From Synergistales bacterium (GTDB taxonomy: Bacteria > Synergistota > Synergistia > Synergistales > JAFGMB01): a DNA stretch of 64,000 bases. Numbering within the stretch: position 1 is the first letter of the stretch; every line of letters begins with the position of its first letter. Shown piece by piece: positions 49,242 to 59,641 of this stretch. The stretch lies in assembly GCA_963666205.1 (NCBI GenBank), contig OY762654.1, positions 2,336,001 through 2,400,000 on the forward strand. Reading direction: 5' to 3'. A model generated the notes under the pieces. The model saw only the letters and a list, made by a program, of their open reading frames with translations, ran no database searches and was not told the origin of the DNA. Position numbers and translations under genes: made by a program.

Positions 49242-50686
49242 AGGTGATGGAAATGAAGGAATTCCTGAAAAGGATCGATGATGTCAGATGGGAGCTCTCC
49301 ATGTCGGCCATGTCCGGTATGAAAGTTCCGGGTATGATCTATGGAGATAACTATATCCTTGAAAACCTTGAAAACGAGAATGCTCTCCAGCAGATAGCCA
49401 ATGTGGCCTGTCTGCCCGGAATAAGCGGATACAGTTTTGCCATGCCAGATGTCCACTGGGGATATGGATTCCCTATAGGAGGAGTGGCTGCCTTTGATCT
49501 TGAAGAAGGCATTATCTCACCTGGCGGGGTTGGATATGATATTTCCTGTGGAGTCAGGCTTATGACGTCTTCCATGGTAGAAAAGGAAGTTAGAGCACAA
49601 CTCGAACTCCTGACTGCAGCACTCTTTGCGAATGTCCCCTGCGGAGTCGGTTCCAGGGGGAAAATAAGACTTTCAGAGAGGGATATGGACATGGTCCTTC
49701 AATGTGGAGCATCCTGGGCAGTCGGAAAAGGTCACGGAACAGAAAATGATCTGCTGCATATCGAAGAAAATGGAGTACTGAGTGGAGCAAACCCGGACGC
49801 AGTTTCCCCTAAGGCAAGAGAAAGGGGTAAAGATCAGCTTGGGACCCTTGGTTCTGGAAATCACTTTCTGGAAGTTCAGGTGGTGGATAAAATATTTGAC
49901 GGGGATACTGCCCGTTCTTTCGGATTATTTGAAGGACAGATAGCTGTCATGATCCACTGCGGGAGCAGGGGGCTGGGACATCAGGTATGCGATGATCATA
50001 TTCGCCTGATGAATTCAGCCATGAACAGGTATGGAATATCTGTTCCAGACAGACAGCTCTGCTGTGTACCCATAAAATCTGAAGAAGGTAAAAGGTACCT
50101 GGAAGCGATGTGGTCTGCTGCCAATTTTGCTCTGGCCAACAGAGAAATAATCGGAAGTCTGGTCGGGGATGTTTTCAGGAGTTTTTTCCCTTCAGATGAG
50201 CTTCACCTTCTCTATGATGTGAGTCATAACATGGCCCATATTGAAGAGTTTCCTTACGGTGAAGGTCGAAAGTCCTTTTGTGTTCACAGAAAAGGTGCTA
50301 CACGTGCTTTGCCGCCGGGACACTCACATTTATCAGGTTCCTTTCAGAAAACGGGTCAGCCTGTCATTATCCCGGGAAGTATGGGAACGGCGAGTTACAT
50401 TCTCCTCGGTACCCTTAAGGCGGAAGAGCAGTGTTTCTCTTCCACATGTCATGGAGCAGGAAGGGTCATGAGTCGCCATGCAGCCAGAAAAAATGTTCGT
50501 GGTGAAGAGATCAGAAAAGAGATGAGCCAGAAGGGTATATACGTCATGGCGGATAGTTACAGAACTCTCTGTGAAGAGATACCCCAGGCATATAAGGATG
50601 TGCATTCCGTTGTTGATGTGGTTTCAAGGGCTGGGATCAGCAGGAAGGTCGCCAGAATGAGGCCCATTGCAGTGATTAAAGGTTAA
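49238..50686 (+). CDS. rtcB: RNA ligase RtcB (archaeal/eukaryotic type)
   Basis: MPDVHWGYGFPIGGV, GYDISCG, GSGNHF, HCGSRG, HRKGAT, HGAGR and AYK. Confidence 0.97.
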   Translation: MKVMEMKEFLKRIDDVRWELSMSAMSGMKVPGMIYGDNYILENLENENALQQIANVACLPGISGYSFAMPDVHWGYGFPIGGVAAFDLEEGIISPGGVGYDISCGVRLMTSSMVEKEVRAQLELLTAALFANVPCGVGSRGKIRLSERDMDMVLQCGASWAVGKGHGTENDLLHIEENGVLSGANPDAVSPKARERGKDQLGTLGSGNHFLEVQVVDKIFDGDTARSFGLFEGQIAVMIHCGSRGLGHQVCDDHIRLMNSAMNRYGISVPDRQLCCVPIKSEEGKRYLEAMWSAANFALANREIIGSLVGDVFRSFFPSDELHLLYDVSHNMAHIEEFPYGEGRKSFCVHRKGATRALPPGHSHLSGSFQKTGQPVIIPGSMGTASYILLGTLKAEEQCFSSTCHGAGRVMSRHAARKNVRGEEIRKEMSQKGIYVMADSYRTLCEEIPQAYKDVHSVVDVVSRAGISRKVARMRPIAVIKG

Positions 50687-50784
50687 GGGATCTTTTTGAA
50701 GTGTGATAAAGATCTTTTATTCCCATATTAAGGGTGCTGCCCCTTTCTTCACAGGACAGCACCCCGGTGCAGCCCGCTCCGGTG

Positions 50785-51414
50785 TTACTCCTTCCTGGTG
50801 TAGGTTTTTGCGGGAACGCCCACAGCAAGGCTATTGGAGGGTATGTCCTTCACTACAACACCTCCTGCACCTACAGTGGCCCACTCGCCCAGGTTCATGT
50901 AGGGGATCACTGTTGAACCTATTCCCAGAAGAACCCCTTCCTCAATATTTACACTGTTGGCAAGAGTATTTCCAGGTGCTACATGAACAAAATTTCCTAT
51001 TATACAATCATGATCTATGGAACAGCCTGTATTTATGATGCAATGGTTTCCAACGATAATATCAGGCTGAAGTACTGATCCCGCGAATATTGCACTTCCT
51101 TCTCCTATTTTGACTGTTGAGTGTACATAAGCCCGCGGATGGACTATTGATGCCCATGGGGTTTCGGGGAAACGAGAAGCAATTGTTTTACGTACCGAAT
51201 TGGCACCAATAGCTATCATCGCTTCAAAATCTTTGAGGTCTGCCATAAGGTCGAAAGGTCCCAGAACCTTAATATCGAAAACAGTACTTCCCCACAAAAG
51301 CTGATTATCATCAAGGATACCGGCAACTTTTCTCCCAGCTTCCAGGAGGGTGCTTATAAGAACCTTTCCATGGCTTCCTCCTCCCAGAACATATACATCC
51401 CGTTGTTTTCCCAT
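50785..51414 (-). CDS. NeuD/PglD-family sugar acetyltransferase
   Basis: GGGSHG, AIGAN..R, IDHDC, hexapeptide repeats and GVPA; RBS GAGGAGG before ATG 51414. Confidence 0.92.
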   Translation of the reverse strand: MGKQRDVYVLGGGSHGKVLISTLLEAGRKVAGILDDNQLLWGSTVFDIKVLGPFDLMADLKDFEAMIAIGANSVRKTIASRFPETPWASIVHPRAYVHSTVKIGEGSAIFAGSVLQPDIIVGNHCIINTGCSIDHDCIIGNFVHVAPGNTLANSVNIEEGVLLGIGSTVIPYMNLGEWATVGAGGVVVKDIPSNSLAVGVPAKTYTRKE

Positions 51415-51570
51415 TGATAAAACCTCCTCTCCTGGATTATTTCTACAGCATTTAGATAAAACGTCCACTATCTGAATTATAACATCGTTAAAGTAATATG
51501 TGGCATCCTTAATGGTGGAGTTTGGAGAGAATTAATAGAATGGTTATAATTAAAGAACCTTATCGGGAGG

Positions 51571-52743
51571 ATGATCCTCATGCAGAGAAGTCTGTCCCTT
51601 TTCCTTTGTATTTATGGATTTGTTTACGGGTCCATGCATTTCTATTTTTACCTTTCCCTGAGACATGTTTTTCACTCCAGGATATTATCGGGGTTCTTCT
51701 TCCTTCCCTTTTCGCTGTTCATGATCCTCTCACCTGTTCTTTTGAGATTATGCGAGTCCCGGGAATGGAATTGTTATCGATATCTGCTGGCCTATTCAGG
51801 ATATCTGTGGATGGGTTTTCTTTTTCTGGCAATATCCTTTCTTCTCGTTATGGATCTGTGCAGATTTATCCAGTTTATTCTGTTAAGGTCCTCGCCCTTT
51901 TTCCCTTCAGTAAGGACCGGTTTTTTTATCTCCACTGTCCTTTCTCTATTCTTGTGTTTTTATGGTTATGTTGAAGCCTCATGGATAACCACGGAAGAAC
52001 TTCTTTTTTCTTCCCCGAAAATTATGGAGAAAGATTCTGCTTTTCGAATTATCCAGATATCGGATGTTCACCTGGGACTACTTGTTAACAGGAAAAAACT
52101 CGAAGGGATAGTCGAGCTTATAAATAATAATAAGCCGGATCTTGTAATTTCAACAGGAGATCTGGTAGACGGTCAGGGAGGAGAGATGGATGGCTTTTCA
52201 ACCATACTTGCATCTATCGATCCGCCTTTTGGTAAATATGCTGTTACTGGAAATCACGAATTTTATCGGGGGATCGAATATTCAGAGGGTTTTACCAGAA
52301 AAGCAGGTTTTCAGATCCTCCGGAATAGAGCTGTAAAGGTTACCCCTTTCCTGACACTTGCAGGCGTCGATGATCCTGCAGGTGATATATTTGACCAGAA
52401 GGGCTCTATTCCCGAAAGTGAGCTTCTGGAAAATCTGGAAGAAGGCAGCATAGTACTTCTGCTTAAACATCAGCCAAGGATAGAATCTGTATCTTCCAGA
52501 TCTTTTGATCTCCAGCTTTCCGGACATATTCACGGAGGCCAGATCTTCCCCTTCAGCCTTTTGACATTTCTTGCTTACAGATGCGGTGCAGGATTAAAAT
52601 CCCTTGGGAATGGGCAATATCTATATGTGAGTCCGGGTACTGGTACATGGGGTCCACCTTTAAGATTTCTCGCTCCACCCAAGATCACTGTCATCGACCT
52701 GAAAGGTTCTGAGGGCAAATCTTCCATAGAATACAGGAGGTGA
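51571..52743 (+). CDS. Membrane metallophosphoesterase (YkuE/YaeI-like)
   Basis: N-terminal TM helices, SDVH, TGDLVD, GNHE and SGHIHGGQ. Confidence 0.93.
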   Translation: MILMQRSLSLFLCIYGFVYGSMHFYFYLSLRHVFHSRILSGFFFLPFSLFMILSPVLLRLCESREWNCYRYLLAYSGYLWMGFLFLAISFLLVMDLCRFIQFILLRSSPFFPSVRTGFFISTVLSLFLCFYGYVEASWITTEELLFSSPKIMEKDSAFRIIQISDVHLGLLVNRKKLEGIVELINNNKPDLVISTGDLVDGQGGEMDGFSTILASIDPPFGKYAVTGNHEFYRGIEYSEGFTRKAGFQILRNRAVKVTPFLTLAGVDDPAGDIFDQKGSIPESELLENLEEGSIVLLLKHQPRIESVSSRSFDLQLSGHIHGGQIFPFSLLTFLAYRCGAGLKSLGNGQYLYVSPGTGTWGPPLRFLAPPKITVIDLKGSEGKSSIEYRR

Positions 52744-52750
52744 ATACCCT

Positions 52751-53137
52751 GTGAAGAGAATACGCATTATCTCAGGCGGGACGATTATCAGAGCGGAACT
52801 TAACGATTCATTAACAGCTTCAGGGATTGCAGAAATACTTCCATTGAGAGGCAGAGCAAACCGTTGGGGCAAAGAAATATATTTTTCCATACCTTTTTCG
52901 GCAGAACCTGAAGATCCGCAGGATGTTGTATGTTCCGGAGATCTTGCATACTGGCCTCCGGGAAGGGCTTTCTGTATCTTCTGGGGGACTACTCCTGCGA
53001 GTCAGGGGAACCATGAGATCCGACCGGCAAGTGAAGTAAACATTGTAGGCAGAATACTTTCCGGCCTTGAACTACTTGAACAGGAACTGGTGAATTCAGG
53101 TGATCCTTTAATCATTGAACCTGAGTCGGATGATTAA
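52751..53137 (+). CDS. Cyclophilin-like fold protein (TM1367/DUF369-like)
   Basis: WGKEIYF, GDLAYWPPG..CIF.G.TP and PAS.VN..G. Confidence 0.9.
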   Translation: MKRIRIISGGTIIRAELNDSLTASGIAEILPLRGRANRWGKEIYFSIPFSAEPEDPQDVVCSGDLAYWPPGRAFCIFWGTTPASQGNHEIRPASEVNIVGRILSGLELLEQELVNSGDPLIIEPESDD

Positions 53138-53139
53138 TA

Positions 53140-53173
53140 TCAACAAAGGAGACCCTGGGGTCTCCTTTGTTGA
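53140..53173 (+). terminator. Terminator hairpin
   Basis: TCAACAAAGGAGACCC-TG-GGGTCTCCTTTGTTGA perfect 16-bp inverted repeat. Confidence 0.75.
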
Positions 53174-53346
53174 AAAGGGGTTCGTTCCGTATTTCTTAGG
53201 GGAGGTTGCTTTTTCGATATAATAATAGCCATAATTACTTTTTTCTTCACCCCGGTAATTACCTAATCTCAGGTAAGTAGAAATACGTATACCTGTGGAG
53301 AGTATGAGAATAGTTTTATGCCATTACCCATTTTCTGGAGGCGGTT

Positions 53347-54390
53347 ATGAAGAGAGCGGATGAGCGGGATACTATATTTGCTAGAATGAGATACGAAAAA
53401 GGAAGTCCTGAATATGAAGAATACTATAACCGCAGACCGGAAAAGAAGGAGCTGGACGATCTGCTCAGGTCCATGCCTGGTCTCTGTTCACCCGGAACGG
53501 AAACCTATGATCCTCTCAATGCACCCATTGCCGAGGCCAATTTCAGATTCCTTGAGGATATCAGACCTCTTGTGGAAGGGGAGACTTCACGGAAGAGGCT
53601 TATTCTTGACCCTGAGGTGATGACCCGAAAGATCAAAGCTATGGCTGTATACTATGGTGCCCGGATGGTAGGGATTGCCAGACTTGGAGAGCGACATTTC
53701 TATTCCCGTAAGGGGCGGCCAAAGGATGATTATGGACGTTCCATTGGCGTTCCCCATCCCTTTGGTATCGTATTTGCTTCGCCAATGGATATGGATAAGA
53801 TAAATCAGGCACCAGGGCTTCCCGTTGTCGTAGAATCTTCATTAAGTTATGTAAAGGTTGCCATAATTGGCATGCTGTTGTCTTATTATATCCGTGAAAC
53901 AGGATATGAAGCCAGGAATCATATGGATGGGAATTATCTGGTTGTTCCTAACAGGGTGGCACAGGATGCAGGCATGGGTGAGTTCGGACGTTGCGGTATG
54001 CTTGTAACTCAAGACTATGGACCTGCTGTGAGATTTGCAGTAGTAACGACGGATCTTCCTCTTCTGCCTGATAAGCCGAGGAAATTTGGACTCGAGACAT
54101 TCTGCCGGATATGCAGAAACTGTGCCCTTGAATGCCCTGTTCAGGCTTTGAGCGAGGACGATGATGAGAGAGAATGGAAAGTAAAATCCGAAAAGTGTTA
54201 TAAATATTGGAGAACAGTGGGGACGGATTGCAGCATATGTATAAAAGCATGTCCTTTTTCTCAGGGTCTGGCATCAGGTTTTACCGGAAATTTCAATGAT
54301 GATCCCAGGGCTGTAGGGGATATTATGAAAAGATTCAGGGAAATATCTGGTAAAAGGCCTGTTCCTGTCGATCCTCCTGATTGGATCTGA
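53347..54390 (+). CDS. Reductive dehalogenase/QueG-superfamily cobalamin-2x[4Fe-4S] protein, cytoplasmic
   Basis: DERD..FAR, A..YGA..VGI, GY.AR.H, AG.GE.GR.G, FCRICRNCALECP and C...W...DCSICIKACP; no TAT signal. Confidence 0.85.
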   Translation: MKRADERDTIFARMRYEKGSPEYEEYYNRRPEKKELDDLLRSMPGLCSPGTETYDPLNAPIAEANFRFLEDIRPLVEGETSRKRLILDPEVMTRKIKAMAVYYGARMVGIARLGERHFYSRKGRPKDDYGRSIGVPHPFGIVFASPMDMDKINQAPGLPVVVESSLSYVKVAIIGMLLSYYIRETGYEARNHMDGNYLVVPNRVAQDAGMGEFGRCGMLVTQDYGPAVRFAVVTTDLPLLPDKPRKFGLETFCRICRNCALECPVQALSEDDDEREWKVKSEKCYKYWRTVGTDCSICIKACPFSQGLASGFTGNFNDDPRAVGDIMKRFREISGKRPVPVDPPDWI

Positions 54391-54418
54391 TATATATTAT
54401 TTTACCCGGAGATAAATC

Positions 54419-55147
54419 ATGAACATGGATTATAAGCTTAAACCATTAAAGATCCTTGGAGTTCTTGGAGGGATGGGGCCGGCTGCTACTGCAGAATTTA
54501 TGCGGTTGATGACCCTTATGTCTCCGGCTGTTACCGACCAGCAGCATCCAAAGGTTCTGCTGTATTCCAACCCCCAGATACCCGACAGAAGCAGTGCTAT
54601 CCTTGGGAAAGGGCCTGACCCGACGAATGAACTGAAAAAGGGACTTCTAACTATTCTGGATTGGGGTGCTGAGATTCTTGCTGTTCCGTGTAATACTGCC
54701 CACCTTTACATAGATCTCTTTAAAGATGATCTGGAACTTCCTCTTGTCCACATAGTGGAAGCATCCGTAGAAGCATGTAAGAGCAAAAGTCCTGAAGGTG
54801 CATGGCTTTTGGGTACAGAGGGTACATTAAAGTGTGGCATCTACCAGTCATATGCCCGGAGGCAGAATTATCCCTTTCATCTTCCTGGAGAGGATACCTG
54901 CCGAATGGTTCAGCACTGTATTGAGTTGGTAAAAGCAAACAGACTTGAAGAATCAGGGCGAATTCTCAAAGAAATTGTTATGGATCTATGGAAGGAACGG
55001 CCTATTCCAGTAATGGCAGCATGTACCGAATTGCCTCTAAGCTACGATGCCTCAGGTCTTCCCGGCGAAAGAACTGTATCGAGTCTTGCCGCTCTGGCTG
55101 GAAAGTGTCTTGACAAGATCTATGGTTTTTCAATTGATAAAGAGTGA
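54419..55147 (+). CDS. Aspartate/amino-acid racemase (PLP-independent)
   Basis: GVLGGMGPAAT, IPDRS, PCNTAH and ACTELP. Confidence 0.93.
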   Translation: MNMDYKLKPLKILGVLGGMGPAATAEFMRLMTLMSPAVTDQQHPKVLLYSNPQIPDRSSAILGKGPDPTNELKKGLLTILDWGAEILAVPCNTAHLYIDLFKDDLELPLVHIVEASVEACKSKSPEGAWLLGTEGTLKCGIYQSYARRQNYPFHLPGEDTCRMVQHCIELVKANRLEESGRILKEIVMDLWKERPIPVMAACTELPLSYDASGLPGERTVSSLAALAGKCLDKIYGFSIDKE

Positions 55148-55152
55148 TCTGA

Positions 55153-56424
55153 ATGTCAGGTAATTCTTTCAGTTTTGTCCATTGTTCAGATCTTCATCTG
55201 GATAGCCCCTTCACTGGAATAGCCTCTTCCGATCCCCGTCTTGCTAAAATGCTTGTCAGCGCAACTTTTCATGCTTTTGAAAGAGTAGTAGATATTGCCA
55301 TAGAAGAAGGTGCTGACTTTATTGTTATTTCGGGTGATATCTATGATCAGGGAGATGGGAGTATTCGGGCCCAGCTCGGTTTCAGGGATATACTGCAAAG
55401 GGCTCTGGACAGGGGGATAGAGTGTTTTATGGTCCATGGCAACCATGATCCTCTTGATAGCTGGAGGTCTGGTATTTCCTTCCCTCCCGCTGTACACAGG
55501 TTTGGACAGGAAGTGGAGAAGAAGATCTACTTTCGGGAAGGTCAAGCCTGTGCTGAAATATATGGAATAAGTTATAAGAAAACGGAGGAGTTCCGTAATC
55601 TGGCATCTCTTTTCAATATCCGGGATGGCTCTGCGCTGTTCAAGATAGGTCTGCTTCACTGTAATCTGGGGGGAAGCTCCCCCGGCCATCAGAATTATTC
55701 GCCATGTTCCCTGGCTGATCTTGTAAATACAGGGATCGACTACTGGGCCCTGGGGCATATTCATATGCCAGGCGTAATAAGAGGATCTGAACCGGCAGTT
55801 GTCTATTCCGGGAATATCCAGGGAAGACATATTGGTGAAAAAGGGAAAAGGGGCTGTTACCTTGTTGAAGTGGAAGACAGTAAGGTCATGGCTATCCAAT
55901 TCCATTCCACTTCACAGATTCTCTGGTCTGAAGCAGAGCTTGATCTTTCATCTGTTAATTCGGCAGAAGAGCTTGTTGATAGCCTCAGAGATCTTTGTGA
56001 TATTCAAAGATCAGGGGCTGAAGGATTACCCTCCATATTGAGAGTAATACTTAAAGGGGAATCTGAAGTTGTTCCCCTACTGGAAAACCTGGATTTTCAG
56101 AAAGATCTGCTTGATCTTATCCGGGAGAATGAGAAAAGAAAACTTGATCAGATATGGATAGAATCAATAAAAAACATGGCCCATCTTCCCCTTGACAGGG
56201 ATAGACTCAGAAAGGGAAATGATTTTATCGCAGATTTTCTTGAGTTGTGTGATATGGCAAGGAAAGATCCATCCATGGCAGCTGATATGATAAGGCAGGA
56301 TGAAGCTTTTAAGCTGGTTCAGGATTTTCTTGCAGATATAGAGACCCCGGAAGTGCTTGGAGAGATCCTTGATGAGGCGGAGAAGATCGGTCTGACAGGA
56401 CTTCTTGGAGGAGACAAACTTTGA
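55153..56424 (+). CDS. Mre11/SbcD-like DNA repair nuclease (YhaO family)
   Basis: SDLHLDSPF, SGDIYD, GNHD, YWALGHIH and GNIQGR. Confidence 0.92.
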   Translation: MSGNSFSFVHCSDLHLDSPFTGIASSDPRLAKMLVSATFHAFERVVDIAIEEGADFIVISGDIYDQGDGSIRAQLGFRDILQRALDRGIECFMVHGNHDPLDSWRSGISFPPAVHRFGQEVEKKIYFREGQACAEIYGISYKKTEEFRNLASLFNIRDGSALFKIGLLHCNLGGSSPGHQNYSPCSLADLVNTGIDYWALGHIHMPGVIRGSEPAVVYSGNIQGRHIGEKGKRGCYLVEVEDSKVMAIQFHSTSQILWSEAELDLSSVNSAEELVDSLRDLCDIQRSGAEGLPSILRVILKGESEVVPLLENLDFQKDLLDLIRENEKRKLDQIWIESIKNMAHLPLDRDRLRKGNDFIADFLELCDMARKDPSMAADMIRQDEAFKLVQDFLADIETPEVLGEILDEAEKIGLTGLLGGDKL

Positions 56425-59400
56425 AAATAAAGTCCTTTCATGTTCACGGTTTCGGCATACTCCATAACACTGGAATAAATGACATTTCATCCGGTCTGAA
56501 TATTTTTACAGGAGATAATGAGAGTGGCAAATCCACCCTTCTGAGATTTATGCGATCAGTTCTGTTCGGGATGTCAAGAAATTCTTCCAGGGATGAACCC
56601 CTGCAGGGTGGGGGTCATGGAGGCACCATGGAGATTGATCTGGAAAATGGAAACTCATTGATCTTCGAACTCAGGAACAGGAAGGTTCATGTAAGCGACC
56701 AGAAAGGAGACCCTCTGGATCATGCCTGTGGACTTGAACAGCTCGGAGGGCTTGACAGACACCTCTTTGAAAGAGTATTTGCTGTAGGCCTGGATGACCT
56801 TTACCTGGATGCTGATTCTCTTCTGGATGAAGAAAAACTCAGGAACAGGCTTTTCGCAGCTGGAGCCGGCCTTGGAGACATCTCTATTTCAGAGACCTTC
56901 TCAAAACTTGAAAAGGAAATGCAGAAACTTGCCCGGAACAGGTCTATACGTTCCAGATCTCTGATAAAAGATGATTCGATCAGATTACGGGAAGTACAGA
57001 AAGAGATAAGGCAACTTGCCCATCTTGAGGACGAATATGCCCATCTTGGAGAGCGGAAGGAAATCCTCTCCAGAGAAATAGAAGAAATTACCCTTGAACT
57101 GGATTTCCTCAGAAAAAATGAAATGGAACTTAAACGGCTACACTCACTTGTGGAACCTTTTGCCAGGCTTCAGGGCGTAAAAAAGGAGATATCTTCTCTC
57201 GAAGAGAATGTCAAAGATCTTCCACCTGGTGCAAAGGAAAGATACACCGATATAAAAAGAAATATAACCTTCCATAAGGATAAGCTGGGTAAAATAGAAC
57301 AAGATATGCAAAATATAGTCATTGAAAAGAGTCATTTCAAGGTCAATTCCAGGCTTCTGGATCTTGCAGAGAGGATAGAGTCCCTGAGGGATGAAAGATC
57401 CAGGCTCGCAGATCTTCATTCAGAAATTTCATTCATGGAAGAAAAACTGAAGACCCTTTCAATTGATCTTTCGCAACAGCTTTCTCATATATCTCCTGAC
57501 TGGAAGATGGAAGACCTGGAAAGGGCTGATACTTCCCTTGCTGCCGGGAAAGAGGCTCTTGAACTTATCAACAGGTTTAATATTCTGGAAAATGAGTTTC
57601 TTCAGGCAAAACTCCTCTTTGAAAGGGCTGTAGAAGAGAAGGATCATGCTATGGAAGAACTTTCACAAGCAAGAATAGCCTGTTCTGAATATGGAGATGA
57701 TGATGAAACCGTAGAAAATATGTCAAGGTTTATCGATGACCTTAGAAAAACAGGAGAGTTACTTCTTCAGAGGGAGCATCTGCATGAAAATATCAGGTCC
57801 CTCGAAGGAAGCCTTGAGGATTACTGGGAAAGACTGAAAATAGTTGATTCCATGGCGGAAATCTATGAAACCCCGATCCAGGCAAGTTATCTGTCTTATT
57901 CAGCAATCCTTGTTATTGCTGGTATTCCTTTAGTTCATTACTGGTTAGGATCTGTATATTCTCTTTTTTATACCAGTCTTTCTCTGATCTTTTCATTTTT
58001 TCTAATGTTTTTCTGGAGAAAACATGAAATCAATGCCAGAAAATCCCGCAAAACTTCAGAAAAAGAAAGACAAATGATCATTGAAAAAACAGAAAAGATA
58101 AAGACTGAACTTTCAATCCAGGAAGGTCTGATGGATGCTCTCAACAGGGATTTATTTCTGCTGTCAGATAAGATGGTCCTGGATGAAGATTTCAGCAGAG
58201 AGTGGCTGGATGAACAGATTATAAGGACAAACCTGAAACTGGCTGAAGCAAGGGAGAGAGAGCGTGTTTTTCAGAAAGTATGTGACCTCCATGAAAAATT
58301 TCAGAAGCAGGTCAAGGCCCTCGCTTTCTGTGAAGATAAGGTCAATGTTTCACGGGAGAGTCTGACGGAGTGGCAGGGGGAGTGGAATAAATATCTTGAG
58401 GATAAGAACCTGCCTCTCAATACGAAACCTGAAACTTTTCAGATCCTTATCCAGGCCATTCTTTCAGCTTGCAGAGTCTCTATGCGAAAACATGAAATAT
58501 CTGAAAAGATCCAACAGCTGAAGGAGCTTGAGAGAGTGAAAAACGAGGATCTGGATAACCTTTGTTTTTTGTGTGACCTCTCTTATGAGGCTGATCTTAC
58601 AGAAAGGATAACCTTCCTTGCCGGCAAGTTGAAGGAAAGTACGGAAGCCCGGAGGAAAATCTCCATCCTGGAGAAGGAGTATGGAGATCTCCTTACCCAA
58701 AGATCAGAACATCAGGAAAGATCTGAATGTGCCCTTTCTGAAATGGAAGAACTGATGAAAAGATCTAATGCTGTTTCAGAAGAAACATTCTTTTCAAGGG
58801 TCGAAGAATATGGCCGTCTTTCTGAATTGAAGAACCTGGAGATGGAGCTTGTGGCAAGGCTGATAGGATTGGCTGGTAACGAGAAACTGCTGGAGAAACT
58901 GGTCGAAAGACTTGATAATGTAGATACCCTTGTTCTTGAGATGGATCTTGAAAACAATACTGAAAAGATAAACTCCCTGTCTGCGAAAAGGGAGGAAATA
59001 ATAAGGTCACTTGCAAAACTGGAGATGCGCCTTCAGGAACTTTCCCTTGAAGATAACCAGAGTCGATTGATCCAGGAAAAAGAATTTCTCCACGCAAAAT
59101 GTCGGGAAAACTCTATTAAATGGGCTGCTCTTGCCACATGCAGAGCTCTGCTGGCAAAGGCAAGGGAAATCCATGAAATTCAGAGACAGCCCGGAGTTAC
59201 AAAAATGGCCGGAAAGTACATGGAGATCATTACAGGAGGAAGATATGGACTTTTATGTTCATCTCTTGACCGCCGGATATTCCTTTCCGATAAACGGACC
59301 CTTGTCAGGAAGGGAAGCCAGGAATGGAGCAGTGGCCTGGCTGATCAGGCCTATCTGGCTATCCGCCTTGCAGTAACCAGAAGCCTCAGTGGTACTTCTG

Positions 59401-59624
59401 GAGTCCTGCCGGTAATTCTTGATGACATCCATCTTCGCTTTGATCTAGACCGTCAGAAACACCTGGCAGAGGTTCTGATTGAGCATTCCCGTTATCAGCA
59501 GGTTTTCTTTTTTTCCTGTAATCCGGCTTTCCTTGAAATGCTCTCTTCAGTTATTAAAGAAAAAGAGAGTACTCCTGGGATATATCGTATAAAGGATGGG
59601 CTGATCCACGAAGGTATGGATTAG
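56421..59624 (+). CDS. Rad50/SbcC-like coiled-coil ATPase (YhaN family)
   Basis: Walker A GDNESGKST, long coiled coils with a central hydrophobic two-helix segment, signature WSSGLADQ, Walker B VILDD. Confidence 0.9.
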   Translation: MKIKSFHVHGFGILHNTGINDISSGLNIFTGDNESGKSTLLRFMRSVLFGMSRNSSRDEPLQGGGHGGTMEIDLENGNSLIFELRNRKVHVSDQKGDPLDHACGLEQLGGLDRHLFERVFAVGLDDLYLDADSLLDEEKLRNRLFAAGAGLGDISISETFSKLEKEMQKLARNRSIRSRSLIKDDSIRLREVQKEIRQLAHLEDEYAHLGERKEILSREIEEITLELDFLRKNEMELKRLHSLVEPFARLQGVKKEISSLEENVKDLPPGAKERYTDIKRNITFHKDKLGKIEQDMQNIVIEKSHFKVNSRLLDLAERIESLRDERSRLADLHSEISFMEEKLKTLSIDLSQQLSHISPDWKMEDLERADTSLAAGKEALELINRFNILENEFLQAKLLFERAVEEKDHAMEELSQARIACSEYGDDDETVENMSRFIDDLRKTGELLLQREHLHENIRSLEGSLEDYWERLKIVDSMAEIYETPIQASYLSYSAILVIAGIPLVHYWLGSVYSLFYTSLSLIFSFFLMFFWRKHEINARKSRKTSEKERQMIIEKTEKIKTELSIQEGLMDALNRDLFLLSDKMVLDEDFSREWLDEQIIRTNLKLAEARERERVFQKVCDLHEKFQKQVKALAFCEDKVNVSRESLTEWQGEWNKYLEDKNLPLNTKPETFQILIQAILSACRVSMRKHEISEKIQQLKELERVKNEDLDNLCFLCDLSYEADLTERITFLAGKLKESTEARRKISILEKEYGDLLTQRSEHQERSECALSEMEELMKRSNAVSEETFFSRVEEYGRLSELKNLEMELVARLIGLAGNEKLLEKLVERLDNVDTLVLEMDLENNTEKINSLSAKREEIIRSLAKLEMRLQELSLEDNQSRLIQEKEFLHAKCRENSIKWAALATCRALLAKAREIHEIQRQPGVTKMAGKYMEIITGGRYGLLCSSLDRRIFLSDKRTLVRKGSQEWSSGLADQAYLAIRLAVTRSLSGTSGVLPVILDDIHLRFDLDRQKHLAEVLIEHSRYQQVFFFSCNPAFLEMLSSVIKEKESTPGIYRIKDGLIHEGMD

Positions 59625-59641
59625 ATCCATAAATAAAATAT

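Noticed and set aside
55186-55905. 239-aa minus-strand ORF
   Set aside because: Antisense shadow of the yhaO-like gene.
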